From contig MU053513.1 of the NCBI GenBank assembly GCA_013239625.1, positions 2,840,927 through 2,904,926 on the forward strand: a stretch of 64,000 bases of DNA, read 5' to 3'. A program made the position numbers and the translations under genes. The DNA comes from Lama guanicoe (taxonomy: Eukaryota). The notes under the pieces are model-generated. The model had not been told where the DNA came from and did not search any database. It saw only the letters and a list, made by a program, of their open reading frames with translations. This document shows positions 52,770-64,000 of this stretch, piece by piece (position 1 is the stretch's first letter; the number at the start of each line of letters is the position of its first letter).

Positions 52770-55700
52770 ATTTTTATTAAAAGGCAAATTTAATGAGGTA
52801 CAACATATATACCGTAAGAAAACGCAACACTATTCTGACTTGTATCATTATAGCATAATTTTACCTGCTTTGGAATTTATAGACGGAATCACATTGTACG
52901 CATTCTTTGAGTCTGGCTTTGTTTGCTCATCATTACATCTGCAAGGCTCATCTATGTTGTTGTGTATGTATGGCAGTAGTTCATTCATTATTCCATTATA
53001 TAAATATATGACATAATTTTTCTACTCCACTGTTGACAAAGGGTTATATTCAATTTCATGAACGTAAGTGTACATCTCCTTTCCTGCCAAAGGTACCCAT
53101 TTGTGTTAAGTACCCAGGAATGGAATTACTGGGTCATAGGATATGTGTATGTTCTTGTTATTTTTTTGTTACTTTTTTATAGCCTAATTCCACTGTGAGC
53201 AGAGGAAATGTTACATGTGATTTCAATCCATCGAATTTTTTAAAGAGTTACTTCTTTGACCAGTATATAATCAATTTTATTTCCTGTTTCATGTTTACTT
53301 GTAAAGAATGTGTATTCTGCAGCTTTGGGGTGTAGAATTCTATATATGTTATTTAGGTTAAGTTTATTAACTGTGTTGTTCAAATACGCTATATCCATAC
53401 TCATATTTTTGTCTGTTAATGCTAATAACAAAAGAGAGAGTGAGATCCATTAAAATCGCTGTAATCTGCAGATTGTCCACGTCTAAGTTTTGTCAGTTTT
53501 TCTTCAAACATTTTGTATTAAGTGCATATCTTCTAAGATTATTGAGTATTTCTGTCAAATTTCCCATTTTATCACTATGACATGCCCTCTTTCATTTTTA
53601 GTATGACTTCTTTCCTTAAAATCTGCAATGTCTGATACCAGTATACCAGCTTCTTTCTGATAAGTGTTCCCATGATATATCTTTAGCATTCTTTTATTTC
53701 CAGCCTTTCTGTATCCTAATATTTAAGAATGTGTCTATTCAGGTAGCATGAAAATTATTTTTATATGGTTCAGCAATAAATCTTTAATGGGAATATTTAG
53801 ACACTTTATATTTAATATAACTATGAATATATCTGGATTCAAATCTACCACCTCCTTGTTTGCTTCCTATTTCCATTTGTTCTTTGTTCCTATTTTCCCT
53901 TGCCCTTTAAAAAACTAATCAAGTTTTTAAAATTTTTTCCATTTCTTCTTTATTGATCTGTCACATTATTTTCTTGTATTATTTTTAAAGTTATGACCCT
54001 AGAAATTACATATTCACTTTTCACTTATTAAACAATAATTTAGTATTTTTATCAGTTCCCAAACATTGAAAGGATCTTACAGCACTTTAACACTTCACCC
54101 TGCTCCTACATCTTTTACTACTATTGTCATGTATTTTAATTTCACTAGACATTATTATTTTTGTTTTGCATATTTATCTATATTTACCTTCATATTAAGC
54201 CTTTTTCTTGCTCTTTATTCCTTTTCTGTTCCTGTACTTCCATATAGGGTCATTTCCTTCTGCCTAAATAATTCTCTATAGTATATTAATGTGAGTCTGC
54301 TGTCAACGAATTCTGTTTTTGTTTATCTGCAAATATCTTCATTTCAGCTTTACTTTGAAGGATATTTTCATGTCATATAGAATTAGTATGGCAACCTAAT
54401 AATTATTTTCTTTCAGCACTTTGAAGATACCATTCCACTGTCATCTAGACTCTACCATTTTGTTGAGACGGCAGCTTCAGTCTTACTATTGTTCATTTGA
54501 AGCATACTCTTTCTTTTCTATAGCATACTTTTTTTTTTCCTATAGCATACTTCAATGTTTTTTTATTTGTCTTAGGTTTTCAACAGTTTCATTCCAGTGT
54601 TCCTAGGTATGGCTTTATTTCTATTTATGCTGCTATGGTTCATGGAACTTCATGAAGTTGTACCTTAAAGTCTTCAACATTTTGAAAAATCCTTAGCCAA
54701 TACAGTTTCAAATGTTACTTCTGCCACATTCTTTATCTCTTTGACTTCTGGGACTCCATATTTACCTTTGTTATAGCAGTGTCTCTCCAACTATTTGTGG
54801 TGAATTTTTCTTTTATTTATAATCTCTCGTAGACTAATTCTGTCATAAAATACATTAAAGTTTTTGTGACAAAGACAACTACTATAAATATTAATAAATA
54901 TTCTATCTTTATTTACTTTCTTGTCAGAGACTGATAGTAAAGGTGGTCTCAGGATTATACTTTAAGAAGCACCATGTTAGTTCTTTTTTTTCCCCACTGG
55001 GCTGTATGCCTGTTCTGTTCTTTTTTTTCTCTTTCATCCTTTTCCTCCCTGTGCTTCAATCTATTATGTTTTACTAACATCTTCTGCCATACAAATCTTC
55101 TCTTCTACTATGTGCAGTGAACTATTAAACACACCTCTTACATTCTTAATTTATGTTTTTCAATTCTAGGATAAAGGTTTTACCCTTATTTATATACTCC
55201 AGTTGTGAAATAATCAATTTGAACATCTATTTTTTTAAACATATCATATTTAAAAATCTACCTGATAATTCAATATATCAATCAATACTCTGTAGTCTAT
55301 TTCTGTTTCTTCTGAAATTCAGTTATTTGGCCTTGTTCCTGACATGCCAGGAAAATTCCATTGACAGTTGTACACATTAAGGATGTTAAGGCTTTATATG
55401 ACATCTTCCTACAGAGAGGATTTCACTTTCCCCTGGAAGACAGCATAGATACAGTATCTTGTCCATGTAGAGAATGGTTTATTTCCACTTTTCCTTTACT
55501 ATTAGAGTCCATCTCTTCTGAGTCCCAGCTGAGTTTGCCATTTTTACCAGGGCTCTTCCTCCTTAAGGGGCTGTGAACTACAATTTCTGCCTCTTTAATT
55601 CTATGGGATTGCTTAAATCCCTCTTTAGACTTACGGTCTCTTAACTGTTGCATTCTTCTTGGCTTCTCAGTTTTTCACACTGCTTGTGCATGGTGTAGAT

Positions 55701-56050
55701 GTCCACAAATTTCTAGGGAAAGTGCATGCAGAATGCTGGCTCAGATATCTCTTGAATTCTCTTTTCCCTGGCATCTTGGTCCTTCACACCATAGCTGTCT
55801 TAGAACTCCTGAACATGAATTTTTGTCTCCTAATTCCACTAAAACCCCTGTAAGATTTAGGCCACTACTTTCAGTTCAGACTCTATGCCTTGTTTATGTA
55901 TTGCAAATGCATCACAGAAAAAAAAAAAGCCACAGAGAACATCCTGCTCATATTTCCTTTTTTCAGTTGTCTTAATCTCTCAAATTCTTGCCCCTTTAGG
56001 TGTACTCTAATGCCTTCAAGCAGTAATTGATCCAGCTACTTACTGGGAGA
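52770..56050 (-). mobile_element. Ancient L1 (L1M/L1ME-type) fragments: 3'UTR, ORF2 endonuclease remnant, ORF1/5' region
   Basis: Track ORF 53240-53431 contains LNNTVNKLNLNNIYRILHPKAAEYTFFTSKHETGNKIDYIL (L1 EN-like). T-rich antisense L1 signatures such as TTTCAGCACTTTGAAGATACCATTCCACTGTC and GGAATTACTGGGTCATAGG. Confidence 0.8.
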
Positions 56051-56517
56051 ATTAATCTGACAGCAGCTACTCTATCATGTCTGTATGCAGTGTACTCTTG
56101 TAAGGATTAAGCACTGTAGAAAAATTGCTAACATCACTAAAGAATAGTAAATATTTATAAATATTATTATTCCTACATATAGCTAATGTTTAGTTCAGGG
56201 GTATCTTTTAGTATAATGTTCTTGGCAGTCCTTACCCCAAACTCCCAGTTCCAAGTGCTGTTTTAGTCCATCTCTTGCCCTTGGCATTGCAAGTGCATAT
56301 GTGCTGCCTTTAGGTTACATGATGTCAGATTTTCCTAATGTCTTTTATCACCATATTTAAAGTCCTCTAAAGGGGTGTGTGTGTGTGTGTTGCTTGTTTT
56401 TGTTTTGTTTTGTTTTTAGCAGCCCAAGCTATTTTCAAACAAAATCTTACATAAATTCCCAATAAGAGCCAGAGCTGCCTATTCTGCTCACTCGTGGCTC
56501 AAACCTCCTCATGATAT

Positions 56518-56727
<210 letters not shown>

Positions 56728-57522
56728 CACTCCTGAGTTGTATACTCTGGGAGCCCCAAAAGCTCTCAAGAACCCAGTTTAAAAACTACTACCCTGGTAA
56801 CAATTTCTGGACACTGCAGCTTTACAACAAAATAATCCCTAAATATTAATGCCACAATTTTGAAAACATTGCCCCACATTTTATCTTCTTTAAGCCCCAA
56901 TATAGAAAGGCTTAACATGGCTCAACCAAAATTTCTGGTGATTTTTACATATCACTCCATCTCTTTAGTGCTCACCAATATCCAAGTAATTATATAAATA
57001 CATAATATGCTATATATTATACTATAATTATAATACAAATATAATATTCTTCCATAATATGCTAAATACATCATGGCCTAAATACCATGCCTATTTATCA
57101 TCCAAAATAAACAAGAATCAGATAAGGCAGCAAAGTCATCTCATGTGATCAAAGATGACTCTGACTCAGGATGGTCTAAATGTCAATCCGAGACTCTTCA
57201 TTGCTAGAGGAGCACCACACAGAATAAAAAGGATGTAGTATGAAAGCACTAGGAGGGAAGAAGTAAAGAGAAAAGATGATCAACCAAATATGTTACATAG
57301 AAGGGTAAACATCCTAGGTCCCATGTGATATTGTTTGGGCACAATGTCACATTCAAAGGAACAGAGTTGAAAAATACAATAATTTAAAAATAATTCCAAT
57401 CTTATTTTGGTCTCTCAAAAATAAATTTAAAGAGAAATAAATAAACAAGATCCAAGACATAATCCAACACTCCTCCTTTTCAATAAACTTTTAAATTGAA
57501 CAATCAGAAAAAGATAGAAATC

Positions 57523-58504
57523 CAGAATATATAAGCAGCTTACATGATTTAATAAGAAAAAAACAAACAACCCAATCCAAAAATGGGCAGAAGACCTAAA
57601 CAAGCAATTCTCCAAGGAAGAAATACAAATGATCAATAGGCACATGAAAAAATGCTTAATATCACTAATTATCAGAGAAATGCAAATCAAAACTACGATG
57701 AGGTATCCTCACACCAGCCAGAATGGCCATCATTCAAAAGTCCACAAGTGACAAATGCTGGAGAGGCTGTGGAGAAAAGGGAACCCTCCTTCACTGCTGG
57801 TGGGAATGCAGTTTGGTGCAGCCGCTGTGGAAAACAGTATGGAGATTCCTCAAAAGACTAGGAATAGACTTACCATATGATCCAGGAATCCTGCTCCTGG
57901 GCATGTATCCAGAAGGAACCCTACTTCAAAGTGACACCTGCACCCCAATGTTCATAGCAGCACTATTTACAATAGCCAAGACATGGAAACAGCCTAAATG
58001 TCCATCAACAGATGACTGGATAAAGAAGATGTGGTATATTTTTACAATGGAATACTATTCAGCCCTAATTACTGACAACATAATGTCATTTGCAGCAACA
58101 TGGATGTTCCTGGAGAATATCATTCTAAGTGAAGTAAGCCAGAAAGAGAAAGAAAAATACCATATGAGATTGCTCATATGCGGAATCTAAAAAAAACCAA
58201 AAACAAAAATACAAAACAGAAACAGACTCATGGACATAGAATACAAACTTGTGGTTGCCAGGGGGATGAGGGGTGGGCAGGGACTGGGATTTCAAAATGT
58301 AGAATAGATAAACAAGATTGTACTGTGTAGCACAGGGAAATATATACAGTATCCTGTGGTGGCTCACAGCAAAAGAGAATGTGACAATGACAATGAATGT
58401 ATGTATGTTCATGTATAACTGAAAAATTGTGCTCTACACTGGAATTTGACACAACATTGTAAAATAACTATTACTCAATAATAAAAAATAAAAAGTGAAA
58501 AAAA
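57523..58504 (+). mobile_element. Young 5'-truncated L1 (same subfamily as 33597-34313) with complete 3'UTR
   Basis: ORF2 C-terminus [18 protein letters not shown]...MRLLICGI*. A 2-nt deletion near 57706 relative to the other copy. A-rich tail. 17-bp TSD AGAAAAAGA(T/C)AGAAATC at 57506-57522 and 58505-58521. Confidence 0.95.
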
Positions 58505-58521
58505 AGAAAAAGACAGAAATC

Positions 58522-59750
58522 ATAAATGTACAGTCTAATGGATCATTTCAAATTGATCATGGGTATGTAACCACCACCAAAAGTCTTAAAATAGAAGATT
58601 ACATAGACCTCAGAAACCACCTTTGCCTATCACTACCCTTTTTCTGTTCCCCAAAGGCAATCACTATACCAAACACAAATCAGCTTTGTCTTCTTTTGAA
58701 TTTTACATATATGAAATCTACAGTATGTAGCTTTTAACATCTGATTTTTTTTATTACTTTTGTGAGACTCACCCACATTTCATTCTTTTTCAGTGCTATA
58801 TAGTGTTTCATGATATAAATATACAATTTGCTTATCCATTCCACTGTTGATGGACATTTTTATTATTCCCAAATATAGCTATTATGAATAAAGTTGCTAT
58901 AAACATTTATGTGCATGATGCCTAGTGCTCATAAGTCATATTTTGTTTGAGTAGATACCTAGAAGTAGAATTGCTAGTTTATAGGATACAGGCATACCTC
59001 TGAGATACTGCAGGTTTGGTTCTAGACTACTGAAATAAAGCAAATATTGCATAAACTGAGTCACACAAATTTCTTGGTTTCCCAGTGCATATTAAAGTTA
59101 TGTTTACACTATCCTGTGGTCTATTAAGTGTGCAAAGCATTATGTCTAAAAAAGCAATGTGCATAACTTCATTAAAAAATACTTTGTTGCTAAAAAATGC
59201 TAACCATCTTCTGAGCCTTCAATGAGTCATAACAGTAACATCAAAGATCATGGATCACAGATCACCATAAAAAATATAGTAATAAAGAAAAGGTTTGAAA
59301 TACCCAAGAATTACCAAAATGAGACAAAGAGACAAAAAGTGAGCAAATGCTGTTGGAAAAATGGTGCCAGTAGACTTACATGATGCAGGACTGCCATAAA
59401 CTTTCAATTTGTAAAAAATGCAATACCTACAATGTGCAATAAAGCGAAGCACAATTAAACAAGGTGTGCCTGTTGCATATGTGCAATTTTAATAGATAGG
59501 GATAAACAGTTTACCACAGGGGTTGTATTAATTATACTGACACCAGCAGCATATAAAAGTTCCAGTTCCTGCATATCCATGTTAACACTTGGTTTTCTCA
59601 GTCATTTTGGTTTAGCCATTCTGGTAATATTTTTATCTCATTATCTTGATTAGTAGTGAGGTTGAGTATCCTTTCACTCCTGCACCATCCATTTCACTAT
59701 CCTTCACTCTTTTGTGAAGTGTCTAAGTTTCTTGCCCAGTTTAAGAACAT
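58522..59750 (-). mobile_element. Ancient L1ME/MC-type 3' end, interrupted by a Tigger1 derivative and by the young L1
   Basis: ATGTAACCACCACC...TTATCCATTCCACTGTTGATGGACATTT...ATACCTAGAAGTAGAATTGCT...TTAGCCATTCTGGT...GAGGTTGAGTATCC. Starts near 57485, before the young L1. Confidence 0.75.
58989..59472 (-). mobile_element. Tigger1-derived non-autonomous element (~484 bp)
   Basis: TA|CAGGCATACCTCTGAGATACTGCAGGTTTGGTTC...AATAAAGCGAAGCACAATTAAACAAGGTGTGCCTG; both TIRs present, transposase absent. Confidence 0.9.
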
Positions 59751-61399
59751 GTCTTGAAAGTCTCCTTTCCTTGTCTTTTCCCAGGGGCCCAAGTGGCTAT
59801 CCTGACACACTCCTTGCCCCCGCACATCCTCTCATTTGTTTTTCTCAACAAAGACTGCCATACTTCTCCCCGTAACTCTTCGTTTCATCCAATACTCAGA
59901 TTCTCCCTGACAAAGGAGGGCTGGGATGCAGGCAGCAGGAATCCTCCCCACCCCTACCCTGGTGCTGTTGTCACCCTGTTTCTGCATAACCAAAGGCCTG
60001 GGAAACTTCTCTTTAGAAGTTTCCTGTAAGTTCTGAAAGTTTTTTTTTTAATTCCCTCTCATGGCTCTACCACTCTCTTATGCCATGTTGGGCACCTGGC
60101 ACCGACTGAATTCTGCAGATGGACGAGGAAAGAAAGAACACACACAGGAGGCCACTCTACGGTCTCAGATGTCAAATTTGACCATTTGCCAGGAGAAGCC
60201 TGTTTTTCTGGGAGATGAGCCACACATTACAAAGAGAACGAGAGGCCTACCAGCTCTTCTAATCTTCCTCCAGGGCAATATTCCTCATTTCTCAGTAACC
60301 TCAAACCAAAAGCCATTATCAGATTCTCCGTCTTTCTCCACCATGGAAAACTATTTGGCCACAGTTTGACAGGCACAGATGGCACCACCAGCTGCAAGTT
60401 TTTTCAGTTCTTGTTGACTCTAAACTGCCCTTAGTCTTAATCTCTTTGCAGTTTGCTCAGTAGAATGGGAGATGGGGCCAAACTTCTAATCTGGGAATAA
60501 AATTCATGATGGGAGAGACTTAGCAGTCTGGTGAAGGGTGGAATGGGGTTAGGAAGATTGGCAAGATATATGAGAAAAAAGCCCTGGAAAGAAAATGTAT
60601 GGGTAGTCAAAATGAATCAGAAATTGTTTACATAAAGAGTAAGAACCCATAAAGGGAAGAGGCATAAGGAGAGGAAAATATTCTTAGGTCTCATGATAAT
60701 TTTTCTGCCAGTCTGAAAATTTATGTATCAAGTAAGGAATAACGAAAATAAAAGGAAAGACCATGTCAGGGATGTACTCTCCGTATGGTCAGAAAAGCCT
60801 AAACTGCCCATGCTGACAGTGTGAAGTGTCATTAACAGACCTAGATGATCTTTTGTCCTACAGAAAACACTGAAAAAGCAACTCTAAGAGTCATTTACAT
60901 ATATTCTGGGTCCTGTATAAAATAAGTGAGCATCACTTACTCCCTGAAAGAGAGCCTAGCCAAAGATCTGTCAACAAAGACACATGGAAAGTTGGGAAAG
61001 ACTGATTGTGTGTCTTATTGCTGGGGACAATACTGCCAGTTCTGACATCTTCTCTCATCCGCCCACGGTATGAACCTATGAATCCATATCTATCTTTTTG
61101 TTACCCTTTGTTTTTCGTACTACCAAATATTACCAACTGCTAAGACCACCAGTCTAAGGGTAGGGAAATGAGCCAAGAGGCCAGGAGTAAGTCCTTTTTT
61201 AACCCCAAACGTTGTTATTTGGTAAAACCCGGCCTTTGTGGGGAGAATTGGGAAGAGGGCACCATCCGTGCAGTCAGAGGAGTGATAAATACCGGGGGCA
61301 CCAGCTTCTCCTCCTGAGGAACAGCGTCATGTCACTGTGCACCTGCAAGCCCCGGACCCAGATGGACACTCAAAGGGAAGTTCAGTTACATAGCAGCAA

Positions 61400-61540
61400 C
61401 GGGTTTTGAGTTTTTGTCACGTGCCAGACATAATACTAAGAATTTTACATACATTTTCTCAGCAAATCCTCACAATAATTCTATGAGGTTGGTTCCATTA
61501 CTAACTTCCTCTTACAAGTGAAGCTTAGAGAGTTTAAGGA
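61400..61540 (-). mobile_element. MIR SINE fragment
   Basis: CACGTGCCAGACATAATACTAAG...AATCCTCACAATAATTCTATGAGGT...TTACAAGTGAAGCTTAGAGAGTTTAAG. Confidence 0.7.
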
Positions 61541-61829
61541 ACAGAATGAGCTCCACCAGGTAGAGGTCCTGGACAAGCCCCCAGTTTCCAACTTCTCAGG
61601 CGTGCCCTGAAAATACTGAACTTGGTGCTTTCTTCCTGTTCAAGATTTCTCTGAGCTATTTCTTCTGAAGTGCTTTGATCTTCACTCTCTCTGTCTACAG
61701 TCTGATTGTACTTAAGTGATATTTTTGTTTGTTTTGTTTTGGATGAGTGTGAATGGGGGAAGTCTGTTTTGGTTTGCTAGTTTTATTTTTTAAAATTAAC
61801 TTGTAGTTAATAAAAAGTAACCCAAAAGT

Positions 61830-62650
61830 TAAAATAGGACTATAATACTAGCAGACTTTGCTAGTTTATATATGTATGCTGTAATATCTAGAGCAACCAC
61901 TAAGAATACTATACCCCAAACTCAAAAACACTATAAATAAATAAATATGGAATACTAAAAATGTTCAAGTAACTCTCAGGAAGATAAGAAAAGAGAAGCA
62001 GAGGGATGAGAAATGGAAGAAACAAACAGAGAACATAATAAAATGGTAAACTTAAGCCCTAACATATCAATAAATACCTCACATGTAAATGGTCTAAAAA
62101 CACCAATTACAAGTCAGAAATTTTTGCAAAGTGGATAAAATAACTCCAAACAATATGCCGTCTATAAGAGTAGATACATGCAACAACCTGGAAGAATCTC
62201 AAGGGAATTAGGCTGTTTAAAAAGCTAGTCTCAAAGGGTTACATACTGTATGACTCCATGTATACAAAAGTATTTAAATTATAAAATTACAGACGTGGGA
62301 AACAGATTAATCATTGCCAGGAGTGAGGAAGGGGAGAAAAGGAGGGAGGTGGCTGTGGCTACAGAAGGGCGGCACCAGAGATCCGTGGGGTGGAACCGCT
62401 CTCTCTCACGACAGTGGTTTCCGTCATGCAAACCTACGCATGCGACACATTTGCATAGATTTAAAAACACACACACGTGAACTGTGAAAAAGCTCGGTGG
62501 ATTTCATCAATGTCAATTTTCTGGTTATGAGATTAAACTATATTTCTGTGAGTTGTTACTACTGAAGGAAACTGGGTGAAGGGTATACTGGATCTCTCTG
62601 TATTATGTCTTACAACTTCTGTGACTCTACAATTATCCCAAAATAAAGTT
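61830..62650 (+). mobile_element. Old L1 (L1MC/MD-type): ORF2 start joined to 3'UTR
   Basis: ATGTAAATGGTCTAAAAACACCAATTACAAG...GTGGATAAAA...CAATATGCCGTCTATAAGAG directly followed by ATACATGCAACAACCTGGAAGAATCTCAAGGG...GGAAACTGGGTGAAGGGTATAC...CAAAATAAAG. Confidence 0.75.
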
Positions 62651-64000
62651 GTTTTTCTTTTTTAATGGAGGAGGAAATACACACTGAACCGAAGTCCTCT
62701 ATCCACTTCTGTCTCCCAAAACCCCCTTTCTCTTTCCCAAGAGTAGTGACTGCAGTTGTTTTTTGTTTTCTCACTTACCCTTCCAGAGATAGTCTGCAAT
62801 CGCTCCACGTAGAAATATATGTGAGTGTACACACAGATCTTTACACAGTTTTCACAAAGATTTTAACATCATATACACTTTGCCCCCCACACACTGCTCT
62901 ATCAATTTATCTTTGAGCTTTTAGTAGCAATAGAGCTCCTTGCTTTCATAGGTGCACAGTATTCCATTCTAGGAATAAATCCTAATTTACTTAATCAATC
63001 CTTTCTTCACAGAACATGTCCAACAAAAAAAGACATTTAGTTTATTTTCAGTTAGTTCCTACTATAATTAATGCTCCAGGTTGAGCAAGTGATCACTGAA
63101 TTGATTTTTTTCTAACCACATCAGTCCTACCACACGTACCCTCAAGCCACCCTTGGTTCCAGGGTATTGGGAGCCAGGCGTAGACCTCCTAATCACTTCA
63201 CGGTGTGTTATGCTCTGAACTTAGTAGACATCCAGCTGATGCTTGTTTATCTTTGTTACCATGTGGCTTTGCATCACTCAGCTTCTCATTGTAATTTAAC
63301 TCTGTTTTTAGGCTTGTAACTTGTCCTTGGTAAAAGTGAGCCTATTAAATATAATTTTCTGCAGGCATTTTTCTCCACTTTAAGGACATGTTTCTTCTTA
63401 ATTCTCTCCCCAAACCGAGACCACCCCCTTCTTTACTCATCTCCCTGCCATCTCTGCCATGATGTGTCCACCTTGAATGAGGAACCACTTTATCCTATAA
63501 CCCCAGTTTGGCAAGCAGCTCAACCAGAAGTGTAAGCGCCCTTTCTCCTTGAGTACAATGGAACTAAGGTGTTCTAATATGCCTTGCCCGTGTACAGCCA
63601 GGTATAAATAGCATGATGCTTACACTAACGGGAACAGGCTCTCATATTCTGACATCACATGACCCCTCTTCCTTTCCTCTTCATGTGCTGCCTCCCCTCA
63701 TCTCTGTGGAATTTCCAATTTTTCAAATAGACACTTTAAACAGAATAGCAGTCATAAATGAATAAATTTTGCTGTGAGAAAACACGGAAGGAAAAAAGAA
63801 AAGCTGGCCATTCCTCACCGCCAATTGTGAAAACTCAAAACAAAAAGCATTTTTCAGTTGTTTATTTCGTTTTCATAACCAAAGTCATAGCTCAGCTCAT
63901 GCACTGGTATGTTAGTTCATTTCTGCCAATGAGTCAACAAAGAAAAATGCTGACAGACTTGAATGTGTGTGTGTGTTCTTGTGTGGGTGTGTCCATATTA

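Overview
AT-rich mammalian genomic DNA, almost entirely intronic. The only host coding sequence I can support is one 410-nt internal exon of the sialyltransferase gene ST6GALNAC3 on the minus strand (22337-22746, sialylmotif L, canonical AG/GT, TACTAAC branch point). About 22 kb of the downstream intron and 41 kb of the upstream intron fill the rest of the window. The remainder is ordinary eutherian repeat landscape: young and old L1s (several nested, with readable target-site duplications), L2, MIR, hAT and Tigger DNA-transposon fossils, an ERV1-type solo LTR, one tRNA-derived SINE and microsatellites. The SINE and L1 types, and the lack of any Alu/Bov/PRE/CAN SINE I could recognise, suggest a camelid (inference). 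I found no convincing novel multi-gene system. The best leads are a candidate poison exon, a perfect branch point/QKI-type element, a 3'-shortened young L1 nested in another L1, and two candidate intronic enhancers. Repeat subfamily names come from recalled consensus sequences, not a database search. Boundaries of old repeats are approximate.
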